A DNA stretch of 64,000 bases from Methanothermococcus sp. Ax23. Lineage in GTDB: Archaea; AGJL01; Methanococci; Methanococcales; Methanococcaceae. Positions 31,569 to 42,161 of this stretch are shown one piece after another. The stretch's first letter is position 1, and every line of letters starts with the position of its first letter. The stretch spans positions 32,001-96,000 of the forward strand of contig NZ_CP157522.1 in assembly GCF_049075655.1 (NCBI RefSeq), read 5' to 3'. The position numbers and the translations under genes are program-made. Below the pieces are notes generated by a model. It was not told the DNA's origin. It made no database searches and worked only from the letters and a program-made list of their open reading frames with translations.

Positions 31569-33253
31569 GCTCTAAAAAAATAGATAAAAATAAATTAAAC
31601 GGTGTGGTATATACCCCTAAATGGATAGTTGAAACAATTTTGGACAATTTAGGATATACTGTAAATAACAACATATATTATAAAAAAATAATTGACCCGT
31701 CTTGCGGGGATGGTGCTTTTTTAAAAGAAGTTGTTGAAAGGTTTATTACTGATGCCTTAAACTCAAATAAATCAATTTCCGAAATAAAAAATCTTTTAGA
31801 ACAGAATGTTTATGGAATAGATATTGATAAAAATGCTATTGAATTATGCAGAATTAATTTAACCAATATTGCTAAAAAATACGGCATCCATGATGTTAAT
31901 TGGAATTTGATAAATAATGATAGCACAGATAAAGCATGGATTTCAAAACTATTTAAAAAATTTGATTATGTTGTTGGAAACCCACCATATATTAGAATCC
32001 AAAATTTAGGAAAAGAAAAGCGAAATAAAATTCAAAAAGAATGGAAACTGTGCAAATCTGGCTCTACTGACATATATATAGCATTTTTTGAGTTGGGATA
32101 TTATTTATTAAACGATACTGGAAAATTAGGATATATCACGCCCAACACCTATATAAAAACATCAGCAGGAAAAGATTTAAGACTGTTTATCAAAAATAAA
32201 AAAATTTTGGAATTATTAATTGATTTTAGACATTACCAAGTATTCGAAAACGCCACTACCTATTCATTAATAACAATACTATCCAAATCATATAGACAAA
32301 ATAAGTTTAAACTGTATTATGGAGACTCCAATAAAAAAATTAAATTCATAGATGAAATTGATTTAAACAATTTGAACGATAATAATTGGATATTATGCAC
32401 CAATGATGTATTAATAAAGATTAAAGAGATAGAAAATAGAGGAGCTCCGCTTGGAAAGATAGCAGATATTCATGTTGGAATTACCACACTTGCAGATAGT
32501 TATTACATATTTAAAGACCCCATACTTAAAGAAAAAACTGCAATAATAAAATTAAAGGATGGTAGGGAGTTTGAAATTGAAAAGGACATTTTAAAACCAA
32601 TAGTAAAAGCATCAGTTTTAAAGAGCTCAGACGAGGAGCAAAATCGTTATGTAATTTTCCCATATAAACTTAAAAATAATAAACATGTAATAATACCCGA
32701 AAATGAATTAAAAGAAAAATATCCTTTAACATACAATTATTTCCTAAAAATTAAAGATATATTACTTGCGAGAGATAAGGGCAAACCAAATCCAGTAGCA
32801 TGGTATGCTTTTGGAAGAAGTCAAGGATTAGATACTTCATTTGGCAAAAAAATATTAACTTCACCGTTAAATAAAAAGCCAAACTTTATAGTATGGGAAA
32901 AAGAAGATTATACATTTTATGCTGGATATTGTATAAAATACGATGGAGATTTGTATGAATTGGCAAAGGAATTAAACAGTTCAGATATGGAATTTTATAT
33001 AAATCATGTAAGTAGGAGTTATCAAAATAATTATAAATCATATTCAAAAACATTCATTAAAAATTTTGGAATATCCAACCCGAAAATTATTGGAAAATTT
33101 AAAAATAATCGCACATCGGTAAAAGAAGTCAATAAAAATGGGGATAACTATAAAGATAAAAATAAAAATAAGGGCAAAAATACCAAACAAACTACATTAA
33201 CAAATTATTTAACTAAGGCAGATGATTTATTAAGTATAAATACCAATCTATAA
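31550..33253 (+). CDS. N6-adenine DNA methyltransferase (gamma class, Eco57I/TaqI-like)
   Basis: VYTP, IDPSCGDGAF (motif I), VVGNPPY (motif IV), C-terminal TRD. Confidence 0.9.
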   Translation: MSADGLSSKKIDKNKLNGVVYTPKWIVETILDNLGYTVNNNIYYKKIIDPSCGDGAFLKEVVERFITDALNSNKSISEIKNLLEQNVYGIDIDKNAIELCRINLTNIAKKYGIHDVNWNLINNDSTDKAWISKLFKKFDYVVGNPPYIRIQNLGKEKRNKIQKEWKLCKSGSTDIYIAFFELGYYLLNDTGKLGYITPNTYIKTSAGKDLRLFIKNKKILELLIDFRHYQVFENATTYSLITILSKSYRQNKFKLYYGDSNKKIKFIDEIDLNNLNDNNWILCTNDVLIKIKEIENRGAPLGKIADIHVGITTLADSYYIFKDPILKEKTAIIKLKDGREFEIEKDILKPIVKASVLKSSDEEQNRYVIFPYKLKNNKHVIIPENELKEKYPLTYNYFLKIKDILLARDKGKPNPVAWYAFGRSQGLDTSFGKKILTSPLNKKPNFIVWEKEDYTFYAGYCIKYDGDLYELAKELNSSDMEFYINHVSRSYQNNYKSYSKTFIKNFGISNPKIIGKFKNNRTSVKEVNKNGDNYKDKNKNKGKNTKQTTLTNYLTKADDLLSINTNL

Positions 33254-33261
33254 GGGATAAA

Positions 33262-34836
33262 ATGAAATTTACAGATGCAATATTAGATTTTTTAATGGAA
33301 AATAATATAAAAACAGTTTTTTCATATCCTGGGGAGCAGATTCTTCCATTGTATAATGCCCTAAATGAATCATCTATAAAAAATATAATGGTCAGGCATG
33401 AACAGGGAGCTCTACACATGGCAGATGGATACAGCAGAATTACAAACTATGTTGGAGTATGTTTGGCAACTGCGGGACCTGGTGCTACAAATTTGATGAC
33501 AGGCGTTGCTACGGCATACAAGGATTCATCATCTGTAATTGCCATTACTGGAAGATGCGAGCGAAAATACATAAATAAGAATTATTTTCAAGAAATGCAA
33601 ATGGATTTTTTAAATATATATAAAGGATACTTTGTAGATAAACCAGATGTAAGTTATTTCAAGAATGCACTTTCTGAAAGTTTAAATAGTAAAAAACCCA
33701 TTCATTTAAATGTCCCAAGTGATGTTCTTAAATTGGATGCAGATGATTACTCCACTAAATATGATGATGATAAAGATGAAGACATAAACTTAAAATGTGG
33801 CATAAATATAAAAGATATTAAAAATATTAAGGATATTAAAAAGCCATTATTGCTTATAGGTCAGGGCATTTATGGAACCTTATCATACAAAGAAATGCTG
33901 AAAATAAATAATATATTAAAAAACAGTAATATCCTCATTACAACAACCTATCCTGCAAGGGGAGTTATCGACGAAAAGGATAAAAACTGTTTAGGATTGA
34001 TTGGAAGAAGAGGAAACTTTATAGCAAATAAATACCTTTTGGAATGTGATGCCATATTTTCAATTGGTGCAAGTTTTTCATACAACACAATACCTGAAAG
34101 TATCCGAACAGAAGTTTTAAAGAAAATAATTGATTTAGATGCCAAAATTAATAATTTAAACGACATTAAGGCTTTGATTGACGCGTTAAATGATTTAAGG
34201 CATAGTTATACCCATGTAAATACAGATGGTAGCAATAAAGAAGACATTAGTAAATATAATTATAAATTAGACGAAAACCGAAGGTTTTCGTTGCTCGCTT
34301 GCTATCACAAGCGATTAGGTGATTATTCCCTAAAAATTAAGGAGATACTGGATAATTTACCAGATGACGCAATAATTACCACAGATGCTGGAAATCATAC
34401 GGTTTTTGTATCATTATTAAAAAAATGCGTAGTCCCAAGAAATATTATTTCATCTCACAGTATGGGAACCATGGGATTTGGACTTCCAGCTTCAATTGGA
34501 GTTAAATTTGGATGTTTAGATTATAACATTAATAGAGAAGTAGTTTCAATAAATGGTGATGGCGGTTTCCAGATGAATTTGCAAGAGCTCGCAACAGTAT
34601 CGGAAAATGATTTAAAAATACTTATTGTAATAATGAAAAACAACAGATTAAATGTATTTGGAGATATAAAGAACCCAGATTTCAACAAAATAGCAGATGC
34701 TTATGATATTGATAATGTTTATATAGAAGATATTGATGAGATAAGGGGAAACATAAAATATTATTTAAATAATAACAAACCTTATTTGATGGTAGTTGAA
34801 TGTGAAAATGAGGGGCTACCTAAACCTTTTGTTTAA
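33262..34836 (+). CDS. Thiamine-pyrophosphate-binding protein (acetolactate synthase large-subunit-like)
   Basis: YPGEQ, RHEQGA, GPGATN, GTMGFGLPA, GDGGF TPP motif. Confidence 0.88.
   Translation: MKFTDAILDFLMENNIKTVFSYPGEQILPLYNALNESSIKNIMVRHEQGALHMADGYSRITNYVGVCLATAGPGATNLMTGVATAYKDSSSVIAITGRCERKYINKNYFQEMQMDFLNIYKGYFVDKPDVSYFKNALSESLNSKKPIHLNVPSDVLKLDADDYSTKYDDDKDEDINLKCGINIKDIKNIKDIKKPLLLIGQGIYGTLSYKEMLKINNILKNSNILITTTYPARGVIDEKDKNCLGLIGRRGNFIANKYLLECDAIFSIGASFSYNTIPESIRTEVLKKIIDLDAKINNLNDIKALIDALNDLRHSYTHVNTDGSNKEDISKYNYKLDENRRFSLLACYHKRLGDYSLKIKEILDNLPDDAIITTDAGNHTVFVSLLKKCVVPRNIISSHSMGTMGFGLPASIGVKFGCLDYNINREVVSINGDGGFQMNLQELATVSENDLKILIVIMKNNRLNVFGDIKNPDFNKIADAYDIDNVYIEDIDEIRGNIKYYLNNNKPYLMVVECENEGLPKPFV
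34264..34314. repeat. Palindromic repeat inserted in frame in the TPP-enzyme gene
   Basis: ACGAAAACC-GAA-GGTTTTCGT plus TCGCTTG-CTATCA-CAAGCGA; translated KLDENRRFSLLACYHKR. Confidence 0.75.
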
Positions 34837-34931
34837 GTGATAAAATTAATAAATATTTGGAATGATTGATTAAATTTATTTAAATAATCATAACTATTAA
34901 ACTAAAATCTGAATATAACGGAGGAATAAAT

Positions 34932-35798
34932 ATGGACGAATTATTTAAAACATTAACAAGCAACATGCACTTTAACGCAACGGAATTAAGCGACAAAACA
35001 TGGAATCAAAACTGGAAAGTTCCAGAGGGACTTATATCAATAATAGGATTAAAAAACGGAAAAAGCCCTGTTTTTTACTATGGATTAACAGAGAACTGCA
35101 AAGAAGATTACGTATTGAAAAAAGGAGTTTCCGACAATAAGAATAAATTTATAAATGCAAGACTTTATTTCAAATTTGACAGAGCAGATATAATTGAAAA
35201 AGAAAAGTATGTTGTAGCAAATGGGTTTAACGGTCTTTTGTTGTGTGTGAAAATCGATAAGGAAAAATTCATAAACACTTTTGAAAAGATGCTCTTGGAA
35301 GGATATAATAATGGAGATGAGCATATAATTGATGTTTTAGAAAGAATGAAAGAAAGAAATATGTTCAATTCAGTTGAAGAAAGTGCAAGATACATTGCAA
35401 ACAGGGATTACAACTGGTTAATAGGTAGATTAAAATACAAAGCAGGTCTTTTTAACTACTCTGGGCAGGGATATTGGTTATTACCATTAAAAACAAAAAT
35501 GGAGATTACAAAAGGATTCGAGGTAAATAATAAGGAACTTATTGTTGATTTAGAAAATACGGAACTGTTTAAGAATTATTTGATATATGTGGATATTAAA
35601 AACAATGTAATAAGATACAACAAAAACAGATTATGCAAAAGCGGATTTTCATTTGTGGATGAGGTAAGAAAGCAGATGCACGATGATATATGTCCGTGGT
35701 GCGGTGGAAAGCTGAGATTGGTAAAAACTAAAAGAGGAGAGTTTTTAGGATGTTCAAACTATCCGGGTTGTCTTTATAGAAGGTTTTTAAAGAAATAA
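34932..35798 (+). CDS. Hypothetical protein with C-terminal topoisomerase-type C4 zinc finger
   Basis: CPWCGGKL....KRGEFLGCSNYPGC. Confidence 0.8.
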   Translation: MDELFKTLTSNMHFNATELSDKTWNQNWKVPEGLISIIGLKNGKSPVFYYGLTENCKEDYVLKKGVSDNKNKFINARLYFKFDRADIIEKEKYVVANGFNGLLLCVKIDKEKFINTFEKMLLEGYNNGDEHIIDVLERMKERNMFNSVEESARYIANRDYNWLIGRLKYKAGLFNYSGQGYWLLPLKTKMEITKGFEVNNKELIVDLENTELFKNYLIYVDIKNNVIRYNKNRLCKSGFSFVDEVRKQMHDDICPWCGGKLRLVKTKRGEFLGCSNYPGCLYRRFLKK

Positions 35799-35887
35799 AA
35801 TAAATATCAAGTATAATAAATATTAATTATTTTTTGTTTATTCTTTTTTTATGAAAATTTATTTAATTTCTCTTTTAAAGTGGTAGT

Positions 35888-38245
35888 ATGATAAAAAAGA
35901 TAATTGTAAAAGGTATAGTCCAAGGCGTGGGATTTAGACCTTTTGTTTATAGAATTGCTAAAAATAATAATTTAAAGGGATATGTAAAAAACATGGGAAA
36001 TTATGTTGAAATAGTTGTAATGGGAAATAAAGACGATATAAACTCTTTTTTAGATGATTTAATGACTAAAAAACCACCATTAGCACAGATTAATGAAATA
36101 AATGTTTTTGATGAATTGAATGAATCCAATTACAAATCTAATTATGAGGATTTCATTATAGAAAAAAGTCAGGAAAATAAAGGTAATAAGGAAGAAGGAA
36201 CAATTCCACCAGATGTGGCAATATGTGAGGATTGTTTAAAGGAGATAATGGATAAAAACGACAGAAGATACAGATATCCATTTACTGCATGCACTAACTG
36301 CGGTGCAAGATTCACAATAGTAAAGGAGCTCCCATACGATAGGGAAAATACATCCATGGATGAGTTCCCATTATGCGAGGATTGTTTAAATGAATACAAA
36401 AATCCTATGGATAGGAGATTCCATGCTCAGGCGACATGCTGTCCAAAATGCGGTCCAGAGGTATTTTTAACAGACAAAAATGGGAATATTCTATATAAAA
36501 AAGATGATGCTGTCCAAAATGCTGTAAAACTTCTAAAAGATGGATACATACTTGCAATAAAGGGAGTTGGTGGAACTCATTTGGCATGCTGTTGTGATGA
36601 CGATAATGTGGTTTTAAATTTAAGAAACCGCCTAAACCGTCCAACTCAGCCCTTTGCTGTGATGACAAAACCAGAAAATTTAAATCTATTTGCCAATTTT
36701 GATGATGACGAGTTAAATCTTTTAAAATCGCCAAAACGACCTATTGTAGTCCTTGAAAAAAATGAAGATTATGATAAATATTTTTCAAAATATGTATCAA
36801 ATTTAAATTCCATTGGGGTTATGTTTCAGTATTCTGCATTACATCATCTTTTATTGGAAACTGATAAAATTGCATACATTATGACATCTGCAAACCTTCC
36901 AGGTCTTCCAATGGCTATAAAAAACGACGATATACTAAATAATTTAAAAGATATTGCCGATTATTTTTTGCTTCATAACCGTGAGATAGTAAATAGATGC
37001 GATGACAGCGTATTGAAGAAAATAAACAATAGAATGATATTTTTAAGGCGGTCAAGAGGATATGCACCAGAGCCCATTATTGTAAATAATAATCCAGCCA
37101 TTAAAAACAACGACAAAAATATATTATGCGTAGGTCCCGAGCTCAACTCAACGGCATGTTTAGTTAAGGGCAATAAGTTTTATTTGACTCAATATATTGG
37201 AAAAACATCCAAATACGAGACATTTAATTATCTCAACGATGCAATAAAGAATTTGATGAAAATTACAAATACAAATAAAATAGATGCGGTGGTCTGTGAT
37301 TTGCATCCAAACTACAATTCTACAAAACTTGCTTATGAATTGGCTGAGAGGTTTGGGGCGGAGCTCTACAAAATCCAACATCATAAGGCACATGCCTATT
37401 CATTGATGGGGGATAATGATGTATTTGAAGATGGCATTTTCATTGCCATTGATGGACTTGGATATGGTGAGGATGGAAATATTTGGGGTGGTGAGGTTTT
37501 AAAATACGATAAAAATAAAAATAAAATGGAAAGAATAGGACATTTAGAAGAGCAATATCAGGCAGGCGGAGATTTAGCTACAAAATATCCACTTAGGATG
37601 CTTTTATCCATATTGTATAAAAAATTAAGTCGTGATGAATTAATTGAGTTTATCAAAGGATACGACTTTTTCAGTGATAAGGATTTAAAGCTTATGCTGT
37701 TTCAATTGGATAAAAAAATTAATGTTGTTAATACCACATCATGCGGAAGAATACTTGATTCTGTCTCGGCGATGCTTTCGGTGTGCTACGAGAGAACCTA
37801 CGATGGAGAATACGCCATTAGGTTGGAAAGTGTGGCTGAGAACTTTGTAAAAAAATATCCAAAAGATTATAAAAAATGCGTGGAAATGGTTAAAAACGAT
37901 ATAAAAATAAAAAATAATATATTGAATACAACTGATTTGGTTTATAACTGTTATAAAATGCTATTGGGCGGATTTGAAAAGGAATTTATTGCCTATTATA
38001 TTCATTTAGCCCTTGCTGATGGACTTTCAGAAATTGCTATAAAAAACGCAGAACACGAAGGCATTAACTATATCGGCTTAACTGGTGGAGTTTCCTATAA
38101 TAAAATCATATCTGAGAGAATAAGGCAAAATGTGGAAAGTAATGGATTTAAATTTTTGTATCATAGGCGAGCTCCGAACGGTGATGGAGGTATTAGTTTT
38201 GGTCAGGGTGTTGGATATATTTTAAATAGATGCTATGACTATTAA
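35888..38245 (+). CDS. hypF: Carbamoyltransferase HypF
   Basis: GIVQGVGFRPFVY acylphosphatase domain, CxxC zinc fingers, QHHKAH, GDGGISFGQ. Confidence 0.97.
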   Translation: MIKKIIVKGIVQGVGFRPFVYRIAKNNNLKGYVKNMGNYVEIVVMGNKDDINSFLDDLMTKKPPLAQINEINVFDELNESNYKSNYEDFIIEKSQENKGNKEEGTIPPDVAICEDCLKEIMDKNDRRYRYPFTACTNCGARFTIVKELPYDRENTSMDEFPLCEDCLNEYKNPMDRRFHAQATCCPKCGPEVFLTDKNGNILYKKDDAVQNAVKLLKDGYILAIKGVGGTHLACCCDDDNVVLNLRNRLNRPTQPFAVMTKPENLNLFANFDDDELNLLKSPKRPIVVLEKNEDYDKYFSKYVSNLNSIGVMFQYSALHHLLLETDKIAYIMTSANLPGLPMAIKNDDILNNLKDIADYFLLHNREIVNRCDDSVLKKINNRMIFLRRSRGYAPEPIIVNNNPAIKNNDKNILCVGPELNSTACLVKGNKFYLTQYIGKTSKYETFNYLNDAIKNLMKITNTNKIDAVVCDLHPNYNSTKLAYELAERFGAELYKIQHHKAHAYSLMGDNDVFEDGIFIAIDGLGYGEDGNIWGGEVLKYDKNKNKMERIGHLEEQYQAGGDLATKYPLRMLLSILYKKLSRDELIEFIKGYDFFSDKDLKLMLFQLDKKINVVNTTSCGRILDSVSAMLSVCYERTYDGEYAIRLESVAENFVKKYPKDYKKCVEMVKNDIKIKNNILNTTDLVYNCYKMLLGGFEKEFIAYYIHLALADGLSEIAIKNAEHEGINYIGLTGGVSYNKIISERIRQNVESNGFKFLYHRRAPNGDGGISFGQGVGYILNRCYDY

Positions 38246-38271
38246 TAAATTAGAAGCATTGAGGGGAGATT

Positions 38272-41200
38272 ATGGAAATAGAGCATATATTAATTAATAA
38301 AAATGTGTTAAAGGAGAGGTTAAGCAATTTTGATTTAAATGAAATACCAGATTTAGAGGAAAAACGAAAAATAATAGATAGTTGGATAACTGAAATAGAG
38401 GATAAAGGAATAGAAAAAATAAAAGAGGAATCATTAAAGGGTAAATTTTTAGAGGATATATTTTCAAAAGTATTGGGTTATAAATCAGTAATTGGAAATA
38501 AAGAATGGAATTTAGAAGTGGAGCAAAAAACACGGGTTGATAGTAAAAAGGCAGACGGTGCATTGGGATTTTTTAGCAATGATAAAAAAGATATTCATGC
38601 AGTAATTGAATTGAAAGATGGTAAAACCAACTTAGATTTAAAACAGAGCTCGCGAAAAGACAACAGAACACCAGTAGAACAGGCGTTTGATTATGCCACT
38701 AAATCGGGGAAAAACTGTAAATGGGTCATAGTTTCAAATTTTAAAGAGATACGACTCTATAATTACACAAATACGAGAATGGAAGAGTATCATCTTTTTG
38801 ATATATCAAAACTTAGGGATGATGAGAAATTTAAAGAATTTTATTATATATTGAACTTTAACAATTTAATAAATAAAAACGGAGAGTCAGAAACTGAAAA
38901 ACTTTGTTCTGAAACTGTAATTCGTGAAAAAGAAATTACTAAAAAGTTTTACAATGAAATTAAGAATATTAGGATAAATTTATTTGAGACGCTTAAAAAA
39001 GAAAATCCAAATATTGATGAGCTCACCTTATTTGAAAAGACACAGAAACTTATTGATAGGTTTTTATTTGTTTATTTTGCAGAGGATAAGGGAATTCTGC
39101 CACCAAATACGGTTTATAGAGTAAGTAAGGAGGCAAAATCGAGCGGATTTATAAAAATTACTCAATGGGATGCGTTTAAGCAATTATTTGAATATATTAA
39201 CGAAGGATGCCCCGACTTTGGAATATATGCCTATAACGGCGGTTTGTTTAAAAAGGATGAGGTATTGGACAATTTAAATATACCTGATGAAATTATTATG
39301 GAGCTCGTGCAATTATCGGAATATGATTTTGATGGGGATTTAAATGTTAATATTTTAGGGCATATATTTGAGCAGTCCATATCTGATATTGAGGAAATAA
39401 AGGCATCAATCAATGGAGAACCTTATGATGAAAAACAGGGGAAGAGGAAAAAGGACGGTATTTTTTATACTCCTGAATTTATAACAAGGTATATTGTTGA
39501 AAAATCCATTGGTGGATGGCTTGAAGATAGAAAAAGGGAAATAGGGATTGAATTATTTGAAAGTATATCTCCTGAACAGATGGGGAAAGATAAAATTAAA
39601 AAAGGAAAGAAATTTGAATATAAAAAGAATTCCAAATCATACAAATCGTTAATGGCGTGGAAAAAATATAAGGAGATTTTAAAGAACATTAAGGTAATAG
39701 ACCCCGCTTGTGGTTCTGGTGCGTTTTTAATTCAAGCATTAAATTATTTGGTTGAAGAAGGGGATAAAGTAAATAAGGCAATTAGGGAATTGCAGGGGGG
39801 AACAGAGGAATTATTCACATTAAAAGCGGATATTTTAAAAAATAACCTTTATGGAGTTGATATAAATAGGGAGTCCGTAGAAATTACAAAACTATCTTTA
39901 TGGCTTAATTCTGTTAGGAAAGGGGAAAAACTGACATCACTTGATGACAATATAAAATGTGGCAATAGTTTATTTTTTGATTGGCATGGTGAATTTAAAG
40001 AAATATTTGAAAATGGGGGCTTTGATGTTGTAATTGGTAATCCCCCCTATGTTAGACAGGAAAGAATTACCGAAATAAAACCAGAATTGGAAGGAAATTA
40101 TAAAACATACTCGGGAACAGCTGATTTATTTGTTTATTTCTATGAATTGGGATATAATATTTTAAAAGATGGGGGATATTTAGGATACATTACAAGTAAT
40201 AAATGGATGAGGGCGAAATATGGGGAAAATTTAAGGGAGTTTTTAAAGGAAAATGTATTAATAAGAGAGATTGTAGATTTAGGCGGTGCAAAAATCTTTG
40301 AAGATGCCAGTGTTGATACAAATATACTAATATTTAAAAAAGAAGATGATAAGGGAATTATTAGAAACAACAAATTTAAAGCAGTTTTATTTAATGATTT
40401 TAAAAATAATGAAGAGTTTGAGGAACATATAAAAAATAAAGGATTTACAATGTGTCAGAGCTCGCTAAGTAAGGACGGATTTATTCTTATAGATAAGAAT
40501 ATTTTAAATCTTAAAAAGAAGATTGAAAAAATTGGAATTCCTTTAAAGGATTGGGATATAAAAATAAATTTTGGAATTAAAACAGGCTTTAACGATGCCT
40601 TTATTATTGATGGAAAAACTAAGGATGAATTAATTAAAAAAGACCCAAAGAACAAAGAGATAATAAAGCCGATTTTAAGGGGAAGGGATATAAAAAGGTA
40701 TGGTTATGAATTTGCGGATTTATGGCTTATAAATACGCACAATGGATTAAAAAATAAAAATATTCCACCTGTGGATGTTCCCAAAGATTATCCTGTAATT
40801 TATGAATGGTTAAAACAATTTGAGGAAAAACTTAAAAAAAGAAGAGATAAAGGGGATAATTGGTGGAATTTAAGAAATTGTGCTTATTTAGAGGAATTTG
40901 AGAAAGAAAAAATAATCTTTTCTAGGATAGTTAAAAAACCCCAATTTTCATATGATGAAAATGGATGTTATGCAGAAGCTACAACTTACATTCTTACAGG
41001 AAATGAAAATTTGAAATATTTACTATTGCTGTTAAATTGTAGTGCAATATATAATATATTTTATAAATTCTATTCAGGTGGTGGCATAGATGGTGAAATT
41101 AAAATATATAAATTGAATGACCTACCTATCCCAAAAATCCCCGAAAACGAACAAATCCCATTCATAGAAAAAGCTGATAAAATGATTGAATTAAATAAAA

Positions 41201-41508
41201 AATTCATAAACAAGAAAAATAAATTTTTAAATAGGTTAAAAGGAATTGGAGTAAATAAAATTTCCAAAAAATTAGAAAACTTCCATACATTAGACTTTAA
41301 CGAACTTATAAAAGAATTAAAAAAGCAGAAAATAAAACTCTCCCTAAAAGAACAAGATGAATGGGAAGACTATTTCAACGACTACAAAAATGAATTAAAC
41401 GAAATTCTATCAGAAATAGAAAAAACAGATAAAGAAATCGACAAAATGGTTTATAAATTATACAACTTAACAGATGAAGAAATTAATATAATTGAAAACA
41501 TAAACTAA
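38272..41508 (+). CDS. Type IIG restriction-modification enzyme (Eco57I family, fused REase-MTase-TRD)
   Basis: ADGAL..IELK nuclease, NGGLF, GIFYTP, DPACGSGAFL, IGNPPY, TaqI-like C-terminal TRD. Confidence 0.92.
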   Translation: MEIEHILINKNVLKERLSNFDLNEIPDLEEKRKIIDSWITEIEDKGIEKIKEESLKGKFLEDIFSKVLGYKSVIGNKEWNLEVEQKTRVDSKKADGALGFFSNDKKDIHAVIELKDGKTNLDLKQSSRKDNRTPVEQAFDYATKSGKNCKWVIVSNFKEIRLYNYTNTRMEEYHLFDISKLRDDEKFKEFYYILNFNNLINKNGESETEKLCSETVIREKEITKKFYNEIKNIRINLFETLKKENPNIDELTLFEKTQKLIDRFLFVYFAEDKGILPPNTVYRVSKEAKSSGFIKITQWDAFKQLFEYINEGCPDFGIYAYNGGLFKKDEVLDNLNIPDEIIMELVQLSEYDFDGDLNVNILGHIFEQSISDIEEIKASINGEPYDEKQGKRKKDGIFYTPEFITRYIVEKSIGGWLEDRKREIGIELFESISPEQMGKDKIKKGKKFEYKKNSKSYKSLMAWKKYKEILKNIKVIDPACGSGAFLIQALNYLVEEGDKVNKAIRELQGGTEELFTLKADILKNNLYGVDINRESVEITKLSLWLNSVRKGEKLTSLDDNIKCGNSLFFDWHGEFKEIFENGGFDVVIGNPPYVRQERITEIKPELEGNYKTYSGTADLFVYFYELGYNILKDGGYLGYITSNKWMRAKYGENLREFLKENVLIREIVDLGGAKIFEDASVDTNILIFKKEDDKGIIRNNKFKAVLFNDFKNNEEFEEHIKNKGFTMCQSSLSKDGFILIDKNILNLKKKIEKIGIPLKDWDIKINFGIKTGFNDAFIIDGKTKDELIKKDPKNKEIIKPILRGRDIKRYGYEFADLWLINTHNGLKNKNIPPVDVPKDYPVIYEWLKQFEEKLKKRRDKGDNWWNLRNCAYLEEFEKEKIIFSRIVKKPQFSYDENGCYAEATTYILTGNENLKYLLLLLNCSAIYNIFYKFYSGGGIDGEIKIYKLNDLPIPKIPENEQIPFIEKADKMIELNKKFINKKNKFLNRLKGIGVNKISKKLENFHTLDFNELIKELKKQKIKLSLKEQDEWEDYFNDYKNELNEILSEIEKTDKEIDKMVYKLYNLTDEEINIIENIN

Positions 41509-41697
41509 TTTAATTTTTTTATTATTTTTAGAGTTGTTATTTTGGGAGCTCCTATATTATATATCTCATTATTCGAATTTAAATTAAATTATATATTGAA
41601 TTAGATAAAGTAAAAAATAATAAATAATACGGAGTTATATTCAATTTAGCGAATAATAAACCTTTATTTTTTGATTGATAAATTACGGGGTTTAAAT

Positions 41698-41922
41698 ATG
41701 TCAAATAAAAAAGAACTTCTATTAAATATGATTTTTGAAATTTTCAAAATAATATTTACCGTGGAATTAACATTATTGGCTGGTGTGATTTTAAAAATAG
41801 CATTTGAACCGCAATATATATTTATGGGTTTAAAAGTAATTGTATTTGGATTGTTTATTATATTAATTACATTGTGGTCTTTCGGAGCTCCTATATTTTA
41901 CTTATATAATCGCATTGATTAA
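41698..41922 (+). CDS. Small two-TM hypothetical protein
   Basis: MSNKKELL... with two hydrophobic segments. Confidence 0.5.
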   Translation: MSNKKELLLNMIFEIFKIIFTVELTLLAGVILKIAFEPQYIFMGLKVIVFGLFIILITLWSFGAPIFYLYNRID

Positions 41923-42041
41923 CTTCGTTCTGCTAATTCCTTACCGCCAAATTTAAAGAACCACACATAAAATCCAATTGATAAAAAACCTAAAATTGCC
42001 ATTACAACAATCATTGTAATGGTAAAAGCATCTAATTCCAT
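41919..42041 (-). CDS. Small single-TM protein (40 aa), missing from the ORF track
   Basis: MELDAFTITMIVVMAILGFLSIGFYVWFFKFGGKELAERS* with GGTGGT RBS. Confidence 0.6.
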   Translation of the reverse strand: MELDAFTITMIVVMAILGFLSIGFYVWFFKFGGKELAERS

Positions 42042-42161
42042 AATACCACCAGGTATGTATATAGTATTACAAATATAAATAATTTTTGAATTTAAAAATA
42101 GTTTAAAAATAATAAAAACACCTTTGATTTTAAATTTCCCCCAATATTCAAAATAATAAAA

